NCBI GenBank assembly: GCA_036513055.1
Contig: DATBZT010000026.1
Location: 1 to 57,010 of the forward strand
Origin: Gemmatimonadaceae bacterium
Lineage (GTDB): Bacteria; Gemmatimonadota; Gemmatimonadetes; Gemmatimonadales; Gemmatimonadaceae
Reading direction: 5' to 3'
Length of the DNA: 57,010 nucleotides
A program made the translations under genes and the position numbers. Numbering within the stretch: position 1 is the stretch's first letter; the number at the start of each line of letters is the position of its first letter. The notes under the pieces are model-generated. The model did no database searches and had not been told where the DNA came from. It saw only the letters and a list, made by a program, of their open reading frames with translations. Positions 1 through 8,117 of the stretch are shown here, in pieces.

Positions 1-52
1 AGGCGCTATCCGGATGGGTGATGGGAGAGTCCTTTACAGGCGAGTCTGGCAT
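1..52 (-). CDS. 5' end of a probable gene running off the window edge (MPDSPVKDSPITHPDSA...)
   Basis: ATG at 52 is open to the window edge and is preceded by TAAATT plus 7 nt, the same -10/start spacing seen elsewhere in this window. Confidence 0.35.
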   Translation of the reverse strand, partial: MPDSPVKDSPITHPDSA

Positions 53-133
53 ATCAGTGAATTTAGCGGGGCATCTGACGGGATGCTGATTGGCGGAGAC
101 GCCATACCTTATGGTGGTCACACGCCCACCGGT

Positions 134-1210
134 GTGAACGGCGCGGACCCGAACGACCCTGGACCGAACGGTACTGGGCCAGGTCACTTGCGTCCGGGAA
201 CCGATGAGTCGAGCCCGACGGGATCGCTCATTGTCTCGACAAGCGCGACCCCCCTGCTGAAGCCTCCGGCAATTGCCAAGGGAGAGGCTATTGGCGTCGT
301 GGCGCCATCCTACTCACCTCGCTCAGGGCCACTGATGCGCGGAGTGAAGGCGCTCGAGCGAGCCGGCTACGCCGTGATCCTCGATCCCGACATCGCTCAA
401 CTGAGACGCTTCCAGCGGCACGAAGACGAGCGTCGCGCATCCAATTTCATGGGAATGTGGCTCGACCCACGGATCAAGGCGGTGATCGGCGGCACGGGTG
501 GCTACGGTGCCGTGCGCATGCTGCCGTATCTCGAGCCGGAGATCTTCCGAAACAATCCGAAGATCTTCGTCGGGTACTCGGACATCACAGCGCTTCACCT
601 CTGGCTGATGCGCCAGGCAGGGCTTCGCGTTTTCCATGGCCCGACGGTGGACGACCTCATTCCCATCGCTCGCGACCCAACCACCAGCTCACTCCTCGCG
701 GCGCTCACGACGCCGAGGCTGGCGACGCGGCTTGGTCGCGACATTGCGCGCGCCGTGAGGCCGGGACGTGCCACCGGCCGTCTGACCGGCGGAAATCTTT
801 CCATGGTCCAGCAGACCATCGGCACGCCGTACGAGATCGACACTCACGGTGCAATTCTGTTTCTCGAGGAGACTCACGATCCGATGTCGGTGGCCGATGA
901 GCGCCTGGTGCACCTCCGTGCGGCAGGCTTGCTCAAGGACGTCAGGGGAATCGTGTTTGGCCAGCTCTCACTGGACCGGTCGGAAGAGGACGAGTTCGAG
1001 GACTTCCTGCTCGATCTGCTCGCCGATCTCGACGTGCCGATACTGATGGACTTTCCGGCCGGTCACGAGGTGCCGAACCTCACGCTGCCACTGGGCACAG
1101 AGGTTGAGCTTGTTGCTGACGAGCTCACCGGGTGGCTCAGCTACAAGGAAGACGCGCTGTCGAGCGCGGAGCCGGATCCCTCGGTGGAGATTGTGCTGGA
1201 GACGCCCTAG
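134..1210 (+). CDS. ldcA: LD-carboxypeptidase, peptidase S66 family
   Basis: GVVAPS, GGYG, GYSD (Ser), GGNLS, LFLEE (Glu) and AGH (His) motifs. Start uncertain: ORF open from 14, GTG at 134 chosen. Confidence 0.88.
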   Translation: MNGADPNDPGPNGTGPGHLRPGTDESSPTGSLIVSTSATPLLKPPAIAKGEAIGVVAPSYSPRSGPLMRGVKALERAGYAVILDPDIAQLRRFQRHEDERRASNFMGMWLDPRIKAVIGGTGGYGAVRMLPYLEPEIFRNNPKIFVGYSDITALHLWLMRQAGLRVFHGPTVDDLIPIARDPTTSSLLAALTTPRLATRLGRDIARAVRPGRATGRLTGGNLSMVQQTIGTPYEIDTHGAILFLEETHDPMSVADERLVHLRAAGLLKDVRGIVFGQLSLDRSEEDEFEDFLLDLLADLDVPILMDFPAGHEVPNLTLPLGTEVELVADELTGWLSYKEDALSSAEPDPSVEIVLETP

Positions 1211-1214
1211 AAAA

Positions 1215-1276
1215 ACCCGCTACCCGCTACCCGTGCCCGTTTACCGTTTACCGTTTACCGTTACCCGTTACCCGCT
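1215..1276. repeat. Imperfect 7-bp tandem repeat (ACCCGCT/TACCGTT/ACCCGTT), about 9 units
   Basis: Read directly; fills the gap between two convergent genes. Confidence 0.85.
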
Positions 1277-1904
1277 AAATGACGAACTCCCCTGACGCGT
1301 TCTCGACTCCCAGTGCATCATCGATTGCGATGCACCAGGTGTGAAGCAGCATCAGGTGAATCTCCTGGACGTGCGCCGTATCGTCACTCGGCACGGCCAG
1401 GATGTGGTCCGCGTCGGGGCCCGTGAGACCGGCGGCGCCGGTTAACGCAATTGTCACCGCGCCCCGCGCCCTGGCGACGGCGAGCGCACGGATCACGTTC
1501 TCGGATTTTCCGCTGGTGGTAAGCCCAAGCGCCACGTCGTTCGGTTCCGCGAATGCCTGCATCTGCCGCTCGAAGAGCGCCGGATAGCCGAAGTCATTTC
1601 CAATGCAGGTCATCATCCCGCCATCGCTCGCCAGCGAGATTGCGGCAAAGGGGCGTCGCATGAGACGGAACCTGCCGACGAGCTCGCCGGCCATGTGACT
1701 CGCCTGTGAGGCACTCCCTCCGTTGCCGAAACAGATCACTTTGCCGCCGCGCTCGAGAGACTGAACGATTGCGCGTCCGGCAGCGGCCGCCGCCGGAGCA
1801 AGCTTAGTTGCGCTGTCCGCCACAACCTGCTGATGGGCGCGGAAGTGTTCAGCAAATCGCGCATTGAAGCCCAGCGCCGGTGGAACACGGGGAGTGAATG
1901 TCAT
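1275..1904 (-). CDS. gmhA: Phosphoheptose (sedoheptulose-7-phosphate) isomerase, SIS domain
   Basis: GNGGSA, HMAGELVGRF, NDFGY, TSGKSENV and QEIH motifs. Confidence 0.9.
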   Translation of the reverse strand: MTFTPRVPPALGFNARFAEHFRAHQQVVADSATKLAPAAAAAGRAIVQSLERGGKVICFGNGGSASQASHMAGELVGRFRLMRRPFAAISLASDGGMMTCIGNDFGYPALFERQMQAFAEPNDVALGLTTSGKSENVIRALAVARARGAVTIALTGAAGLTGPDADHILAVPSDDTAHVQEIHLMLLHTWCIAIDDALGVENASGEFVI

Positions 1905-4636
1905 CGGCCGCGAAATTTACCACGCGGTCCCTTGCCGCGCCCTCCCCCGGTGCCCTTCCGGCCTCCACTTCCCGGTCTCCGGCCATCGCCGGTTGGCTTC
2001 CGTCCTGCACCGGGCCGGGCCGACCCGCGTCTTCGCGCAGTCGCCAGATCTCTCACCTGCTGCTCCTCGCGCGACATGGGCGGCCCCGAATCCCCTTCGT
2101 CTTCCACTTCATCAGGTGACCATGGTCGCTCGAGGATTTCCTGGAGCTCATCGAGAGAATCCGCTCGAATCGCTCCCCGCTGCCCGCGAATGACGACGAA
2201 GCGCAGCGGCCGGTCGAGCACCGGGAGCTCCGCGCTCGAAATGTTCCGTGCGAGTTTTTCCGGAAGACGCAGTCGAGCCACACCCAGGCGATCCCCGTTG
2301 CGCTCCTCGACGTCGTAGTCGATGTCTATCTCCCGGTCTCGTATCTCGACCGATGACGGCAGTGCCGCGTAGCGCTCGCGCACGTCCCGTGGTGCGATCT
2401 CCTCGCGATCGAGCGTGAGACGGGCGTTCCTGAAATCGTCCATCGACCGAGCTGACGCCAACTGCCGCTCGTACCACGCGGTGAGCTCGGCCAGGCCGAA
2501 ACGCGGCGTCGTTCCTCCGGAGCGCCGCCAGGTGGCCCGGATATCCTCGACTGAAGCGCGGTTGCGCTTCACCGCGGGATGCCGTGCTTCGCCGCGAGCG
2601 AGCGCTTCGGCCAGCGCGTGGCGAGCGGGCCCGGAGATCTCATCGGAAAAAACGTCGATCGGCTCGGTCTCGCGCTCGAGCTCGAATCCGAAGTACTCGA
2701 GCGTGCGCGTCAGAAGGAGCTGTCCGCCTTTTCGTTTTGGATCGTACACGATCTCCGACACACCGCGGGTGGCGTACTTCCGGATGAGGTGCATCGGGAT
2801 CTGCGTTCCTTCCACTGCCGCGCGCGGAGTTCCCGACCTGTCGGCGAAATAACGAATCTCGCCGGCAATGGCGCCCCAACTGCCACAGACGCTCGTCCTC
2901 GAGACGCGGGCCTGGGTCCCGTCGGCGGTTTCCTCGTCGATCACCAGGTCGAACGGCATGAACCGCGCGAGAAGCTCGCCGAATTTCCTCTGATCGTGGT
3001 CGCGGGCGATCGGCATCTTCTCGGGCAATGGGATGCCCAGCGCCCGGAACACGCTCGCCATCCCGAGCGCCGTGTCCTCGATTGCCTTAACGAGAACGCC
3101 GCGGCGCTCGGCCCATTGCTCGATGCGGTCGTCGAACAGGTGTCGTGGGAGACCGTAAACCTGCCCGACGTATCCGCATCGCGAGTAGGCTTCCGCATAA
3201 AGATTATACGCCGTGAGGTGATCGCTGCCCGGTATCACGACCCCCGCAAGATCCCGCTCTTCGCGTGTCATCCGGTGCAGCGATTCGAGCGAGCTCATGA
3301 CGGCGAGGTATGGCACGAGCTCGTCATCGGCATTGACGAGGAGCTCCGCCCATGGCCGATCCACCGGCATCGCCTCGACTTTTTTGCCATAAGTGGAAAG
3401 CCGGCCTTTCTCGATGATGCCACGATTTTCCAGCAGCTCCACGGCCTGGCGATAGGCCCCGCGATCCAGCGGCATCGGCAGCTCGAGCGCTCCGGCATCG
3501 ACGCCCAGGTCGGCGCACGTCATGGCGACGCGCTCTGAGTCACCGGCGAGCTGGAACTCCGGCGCAGTGGGCCGCAGAGCGTCGAAGCGGATGTCGCGAT
3601 CGGAGAGAATGAAAACGCGTCCGCCTTCCACGCGCCCGTGCACCCGCCCGGCCATCTGCAGAATCTCGTTGGCGCCGAGGTGCATGCGTGTCAGCACGTT
3701 CTTCCCGCGCTCGATGAGATTTCCGAATCGCGTATCGTCAATTACAACCGTGTCGAGCCCGCGGACGTTGAGGGCGCTCTGGCCGGCCGCCGTCATCGAG
3801 AGAAAGAACGGCTTGCGCTCTTCCGCTTCGAGAAATGGGCGGATCACGCGTATCGGCTCTCCGCCGTGATAGTAGGCGGCGTTGATTCGCGGAAATCTCG
3901 ACTCAACAAGCGAAGCGGCTTCCTCGACGCCGGCGCGCGTCGGCAGAAACATTCCCACGCCCCGCTTGTGCCTGATCACATGCTGGAGAAAGCGGTCGTC
4001 GAGGAACTCGAGCGGATCTTTCCGTATGACTTTCACATCGGCGGCGCGTTCCGGATCGAACGCGTAGCTCTGAAGAACTTCCGCGGCGTCGAGGTATCTG
4101 GCGTAGAACGTCGGGTCCACCGTGGCCGACAGCCAGATGAAGCGGCACCCGACTCGCTTGCCAAGCGCCAGGCAAAGCTCGAGCTCCGCCGATGTCTGGT
4201 GAATCTCGTCCACCAGCAGCGTGTCGGTGGGAAGGATGTCCCCATCCTGGAACCAGCGACGGGCAATGCCGGTGGTGACGATGATGACATTCCATGTCGG
4301 CGTCTCGGGTGTTGCTTCCCGCTCCCGGTTCACCACGCCGACGCGGAGATCCTCGGTGCCGAGTATTGTCTCCGAGATGGGACGGATGGAGAGCGTCTTT
4401 CCGGTGCCCGTGCCGGCGACGATTCCAAATCCCCTGCCGGCCGCGGCGAGCGCGCGAATCTCGCTCCCGTGTTGTTCCTCAAGCACGGTCCGGAGATGGA
4501 GGTGAAGCGCCAGCTCGATTGTCTCGCAGGCTGCACGCGTCGGCGCGATGACAATGATGCGACCGGTGGGCGGCTCGGCCGCGACGAATGCGTCGTGGTC
4601 AGGCGGGAGATACTTGTCCTGGACGGTGCGCATCAT
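1901..4636 (-). CDS. DExH-box (DEAH/HrpB-like) ATP-dependent helicase
   Basis: GTGTGKT, DEIH, LSAT, FLPT and QMAGRVHGR motifs; basic G/R-rich tail. Start at ATG 4636 or GTG 4651. Confidence 0.85.
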   Translation of the reverse strand: MMRTVQDKYLPPDHDAFVAAEPPTGRIIVIAPTRAACETIELALHLHLRTVLEEQHGSEIRALAAAGRGFGIVAGTGTGKTLSIRPISETILGTEDLRVGVVNREREATPETPTWNVIIVTTGIARRWFQDGDILPTDTLLVDEIHQTSAELELCLALGKRVGCRFIWLSATVDPTFYARYLDAAEVLQSYAFDPERAADVKVIRKDPLEFLDDRFLQHVIRHKRGVGMFLPTRAGVEEAASLVESRFPRINAAYYHGGEPIRVIRPFLEAEERKPFFLSMTAAGQSALNVRGLDTVVIDDTRFGNLIERGKNVLTRMHLGANEILQMAGRVHGRVEGGRVFILSDRDIRFDALRPTAPEFQLAGDSERVAMTCADLGVDAGALELPMPLDRGAYRQAVELLENRGIIEKGRLSTYGKKVEAMPVDRPWAELLVNADDELVPYLAVMSSLESLHRMTREERDLAGVVIPGSDHLTAYNLYAEAYSRCGYVGQVYGLPRHLFDDRIEQWAERRGVLVKAIEDTALGMASVFRALGIPLPEKMPIARDHDQRKFGELLARFMPFDLVIDEETADGTQARVSRTSVCGSWGAIAGEIRYFADRSGTPRAAVEGTQIPMHLIRKYATRGVSEIVYDPKRKGGQLLLTRTLEYFGFELERETEPIDVFSDEISGPARHALAEALARGEARHPAVKRNRASVEDIRATWRRSGGTTPRFGLAELTAWYERQLASARSMDDFRNARLTLDREEIAPRDVRERYAALPSSVEIRDREIDIDYDVEERNGDRLGVARLRLPEKLARNISSAELPVLDRPLRFVVIRGQRGAIRADSLDELQEILERPWSPDEVEDEGDSGPPMSREEQQVRDLATARRRGSARPGAGRKPTGDGRRPGSGGRKGTGGGRGKGPRGKFRGR

Positions 4637-4651
4637 CCGGTCAACTTGCAC

Positions 4652-4687
4652 AAAAAAAGCCCCGGGTGGAATCGCTCCACCCGGGGC
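4652..4687 (-). terminator. Rho-independent terminator
   Basis: GCCCCGGGTGGA/TCCACCCGGGGC 12-bp stem followed by 7 T on the minus strand, just after the 4709-5323 gene. Confidence 0.88.
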
Positions 4688-4708
4688 CGTTTGACGATAC
4701 TGACGATG

Positions 4709-5323
4709 CTAATGGCGCTTGCCGTTGCTATTGCCGTTGCCGACGTTCTGGTCGTACCACGGGCCTGACGTGTTGTTATAGGTGCCGCCGTTATTGTAGC
4801 GGCCGTTTTCGTCGCCATCGTTATCCTGTTTGCCCTTGTTGCCCTTCACCTTGTTGTACTTGCAGTTGGTGCTGTAGCCATTCTTGTTCTGCTTGTAGTT
4901 GCAGGTCTCGCCGTTTTGACCGTAAACGGTGTTGTTGCGGCGTGAATTCTGGTTCACGGCCTGACTGTTGGTGATGACGAGCCGGCCATTCGAATCCTGG
5001 CGCGCCGTATCCACAATCACGTTTCCGTTGCCGTCAACGCGCTGGCGCTGGTAGATCGTATTGCCGTTCTGGTCGCGACCCATCACCTGCCATGACCCAT
5101 CGCTCGTGGTGCCGCCGTTGCGGCTGTTCGAGGTCTGGCAATTCACGTCGTACCAGACGCAATTCGTACCGACCTGATCGCGGCTGTCGATGACGCCGTC
5201 GCCGTTCCGGTCGTAAACGCCGCTGCTATTGCGGTTCTTGCCGTGACTGGCCTGCGCCGACAGCGGGGTCGAAACGGCCGCGACGGTTGCAAGGCTCAGG
5301 ACAAGCATCAATTGGTTTTTCAT
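4709..5323 (-). CDS. Secreted Asn/Gly-rich hypothetical protein with a DxNGDG (EF-hand-like) motif
   Basis: Signal peptide ending near LSAQA, GAGGAG RBS, DRNGDGVIDSRD, repeated D/QxNG turns, two Cys pairs. Confidence 0.8.
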   Translation of the reverse strand: MKNQLMLVLSLATVAAVSTPLSAQASHGKNRNSSGVYDRNGDGVIDSRDQVGTNCVWYDVNCQTSNSRNGGTTSDGSWQVMGRDQNGNTIYQRQRVDGNGNVIVDTARQDSNGRLVITNSQAVNQNSRRNNTVYGQNGETCNYKQNKNGYSTNCKYNKVKGNKGKQDNDGDENGRYNNGGTYNNTSGPWYDQNVGNGNSNGKRH

Positions 5324-5357
5324 TTGTGCATCTCCTCAAGAATCCGGGAACGAGCGG

Positions 5358-5729
5358 TCAGCGTTCCAGCTCGGTCTTGCCTTTTTTCGGCTTTTCTTTT
5401 CCCTTCTTCGAGAACTCGTCGCCGAAAATGACACGACCGCTTGCCGGGCGGTTGCGAACCGCGGTTACGCAGTCGGTCGGAGCGGGCTGCTGGTCGGGAG
5501 GAACACCCTCGATCCAGATCCTGCACATCCCCTGAGGGGGCAGATATGCCGACGGAACTGCCGGCTGTCCCTTCGACGAAGGCTTCGGGAATTGCGGGAT
5601 TGGAAAGCCCCGCGGAATCCCCTGAGCCTCCGCCGATCCGCTCACCGCGAGGATCCCCGCGGCGAGCAGAAGGAACCGCCATCTATCCATCTTTTCCGCG
5701 GTTGCCCGCAGAAATTCAAGGTTGGTCAT
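5358..5729 (-). CDS. Secreted Pro-rich hypothetical protein (LPPxGMCRIWIxGVPPxQQPAPTDC domain)
   Basis: Signal-like RFLLLAAGILAVSGSAEA. Start at 5729 or 5690; the ORF-track extension to 6023 overlaps a promoter and the selenoprotein gene. Confidence 0.72.
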   Translation of the reverse strand: MTNLEFLRATAEKMDRWRFLLLAAGILAVSGSAEAQGIPRGFPIPQFPKPSSKGQPAVPSAYLPPQGMCRIWIEGVPPDQQPAPTDCVTAVRNRPASGRVIFGDEFSKKGKEKPKKGKTELER

Positions 5730-5740
5730 GCCGAGTGTAA

Positions 5741-5760
5741 AGGCGAAAGGCATGCCAAAC
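5741..5760 (-). promoter_or_regulatory. Candidate sigma54 (-24/-12) promoter
   Basis: TTTGGCATGCCTTTCGC gives GG-N10-GC, close to the TGGCAC-N5-TTGC consensus, just upstream of the 5358 gene. Confidence 0.6.
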
Positions 5761-5922
5761 AGATGGAGGCGGCGTAACTCGATAAACAACATGCACTTAC
5801 GGCATGCGAATCGGACCGCCGCCGGGGCTGACATGTCACCTTTTCTGGACACTCCATAATCCTCTTCTGGACGCTCTTTGCCAGGCCGGAAAGCGGCCGG
5901 TGACAGGCCGATTGGAAAGTCA

Positions 5923-6165
5923 CTACCGGTGCTGGCCGGCTTCAGCCTTTGCGATCGACTGTGCGATCTCGCCCGGTCTGGCGTGACGCCCCGTTTTCGA
6001 CTTCTCGAATATCGGCCGGCCATCGACTGACACTTCGAAGCGCCCGCCGCGCGAAGGAGTCAGCTCAATCTCCGCGGCTGGGTACACATCTCTGAGCTCA
6101 GCCGCCAGACTGGCGGCTCGGGGCTCGTAGTTTCAAACGGTGCAGTATTCGATCTCGATTTTCAT
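5923..6165 (-). CDS. Rdx/SelW/SelT-family selenoprotein, 80 aa, Sec at codon 11
   Basis: MKIEIEYCTV(U)NYEPRAASLAAELRDVYPAAEIELTPSRGGRFEVSVDGRPIFEKSKTGRHARPGEIAQSIAKAEAGQHR. CxxU motif, GxFEV motif, in-frame TGA at 6133-6135, SECIS-like hairpin downstream. Confidence 0.92.
6094..6126 (-). promoter_or_regulatory. Bacterial SECIS element
   Basis: AGCCGCCA-GUC-UGGCGGCU upper stem with a G-first loop 22 nt after the UGA, plus a lower GAGC/GCUC stem. Confidence 0.82.
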
Positions 6166-6290
6166 GGCTCTTCGCTGGTTGGCGTTCGCACAAGATACTA
6201 ACGCAATCTGCGAACCTCCGCAGCGGAAAAACAATGATGTCCGCGTCATCCGGACGATGGGTCCGTTTCAACTGCTGAGATCTTACGGAC

Positions 6291-6710
6291 GTGAGACGCG
6301 GATTCAATATCATCGAGCTGACGCTCGCGCTGGGCATTGCGGCGGTGCTGTCGGCAGTCGCGCTGCCAAGGGCCGCGTCCTTTCTCGATGCAATCAAGGT
6401 GAGAGGGGCAACAACCGAAATCGACGCCCTCTTCTCCACCGCTCGCCACGCCGCCATCGCCCGCGCCACTCAGACATCGCTCGAGATAGATCCCGGTCGA
6501 GGCGTTGTTCTGGTGCGTGCCGGCACTGATACGCTGGAGAAGAGCCGCCTCGGCGAATCCAACGGTGTGACGCTGAGCGCCACTCGCACCGTCGTCACTT
6601 ACTCGCCAACAGGAATCGGCTATGGCGCGGCAAATCTCACGCTCATCGTCGCCCGAAACCTCTCCGCCGACACTATCTTCGTCTCGCGCCTCGGCCGCGT
6701 ACGGCATTAG
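6291..6710 (+). CDS. Type IV pilin-like / GspH-FimT pseudopilin
   Basis: Class III signal MRRG|FNIIE, hydrophobic helix, and an ARHAAI segment typical of FimT/GspH. Confidence 0.85.
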   Translation: MRRGFNIIELTLALGIAAVLSAVALPRAASFLDAIKVRGATTEIDALFSTARHAAIARATQTSLEIDPGRGVVLVRAGTDTLEKSRLGESNGVTLSATRTVVTYSPTGIGYGAANLTLIVARNLSADTIFVSRLGRVRH

Positions 6711-8043
6711 GACGGCGGAGCTGCCGGCGAGCCGGTTCCTTTGCCGGAAGGTCGGCGGCGGGCTGTGCTGGAGCGCCGGCAGAATCGATAGCGAATGAGA
6801 CAGTCGACTCCTCGTCGAGCGCGCCGACCGAGCCAAAATCGTAGCCCGGGACTGAGATCCTCGGAATCTGCTGTCCGATTACGCGCTCGATTGTGCGAAC
6901 CATCGCGATCTCGTCCGGTGACATGAACGTGAAAGCGTCGCCCGTGGCGGCGGCACGGCCGGTTCTGCCAATGCGATGAACGTAATCCTCTGGCTGCTGG
7001 GGGACGTCGTAGTTGATGACGTGGGATATTCCCGACACGTCGAGACCGCGCTGGGCGATGTCGGTCGCCACGAGAACGCGGATCTTCCCGCTCTTGAAAT
7101 CGTCGAGCGCGCGAGTGCGCTCGCCCTGCGATTTGTCGGCATGCATCGCGGTGGCGGCGATGCCTTTGCCTGCCAGGTGCTTCACAACGCGGTCGGCGCC
7201 GTGTTTCGTGCGGCTGAAGATCAGCACCGAGTCGAGCGCTTCGTTTTTCAGCAGCTCCGCCAGCAGCTCGGTCTTCTTTTCCCTGGGTACGGGATAGACG
7301 GCGTGGGTCACGGTGCTCGCCGCTTCTGACCGGCGGCCAACCTGCACGACGAGCGGCTTGCGCAGATACTTCCGCGCAAGTGCTTCCACTTCGGGCGGCA
7401 TCGTGGCGCTGAACAACAGCGTCTGACGATAACGGGGCACGTCGGCGACGATGCGGTTGAGCTGCGGCGCGAAGCCCATGTCGAGCATCCGATCCGCTTC
7501 GTCCAGAACGAGAATCTCGAGATCGTCGAACACCACGTTCTGGCGCTCCATATGGTCGAGAAGCCTTCCCGGTGTGGCGACAACCACGTCCACGCCTTTC
7601 TTCAGCTTCTGCGTTTGCGGGTCCAGCGGAACACCGCCGTAGATGGAAACCGTGCGGATGTCAGAGTGGCGGCCGTATTTCCGGAAGCTCTCCTCCACCT
7701 GGACGCAAAGCTCGCGAGTGGGCGTGAGAATCAGCGCGCGAACCCGGTGGGTTCGTGTTTCCTTCTCTTCGTGTCGTGTGCCTTCGAGCAGGCGCTGAAT
7801 GATCGGGAGGGTGAAGCCTGCGGTCTTGCCCGTTCCGGTCTGCGCCAGCCCGATCAGGTCGCGTCCGCGGAGCGCGAGCGGAATCGCTACACCCTGAATC
7901 GGAGTGGGTTTTGTGTAGCCGGCGTCGCGAACCGCGTCGAGCAATTCCGGGATGAGCCCAAGCTCGGCAAACATCGTCAGAGCCTCCGGGGCCTCGGAGT
8001 TGATTTCAACAGCCGGTTTCACCGGCTTCCTGGATTTTGTCAT
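6673..8043 (-). CDS. rhlE: DEAD-box RNA helicase, RhlE-like
   Basis: Q motif PTPIQ, AQTGTGKT, PTREL, TPGRL, DEADRMLDMGF, SAT, HRIGRTGRA. Confidence 0.93.
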   Translation of the reverse strand: MTKSRKPVKPAVEINSEAPEALTMFAELGLIPELLDAVRDAGYTKPTPIQGVAIPLALRGRDLIGLAQTGTGKTAGFTLPIIQRLLEGTRHEEKETRTHRVRALILTPTRELCVQVEESFRKYGRHSDIRTVSIYGGVPLDPQTQKLKKGVDVVVATPGRLLDHMERQNVVFDDLEILVLDEADRMLDMGFAPQLNRIVADVPRYRQTLLFSATMPPEVEALARKYLRKPLVVQVGRRSEAASTVTHAVYPVPREKKTELLAELLKNEALDSVLIFSRTKHGADRVVKHLAGKGIAATAMHADKSQGERTRALDDFKSGKIRVLVATDIAQRGLDVSGISHVINYDVPQQPEDYVHRIGRTGRAAATGDAFTFMSPDEIAMVRTIERVIGQQIPRISVPGYDFGSVGALDEESTVSFAIDSAGAPAQPAADLPAKEPARRQLRRPNAVRGRGARRR

Positions 8044-8117
8044 TGTCCCTTGGAATATAAGGCACAGCCGACTGGTCTCCTCCTCTTTCCCATTTCCCTC
8101 GCAAGTAGCCCGATCTG

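Noticed and set aside
2579-4768. Long plus-strand ORFs (319 and 376 aa) and similar antisense ORFs across the window
   Set aside because: Typical shadow frames opposite real genes in high-GC DNA; no motifs
5730-6023. N-terminal extension of the 221-aa ORF (5358-6023)
   Set aside because: Overlaps the selenoprotein gene in another frame and the candidate sigma54 promoter; the signal peptide begins near 5690-5729
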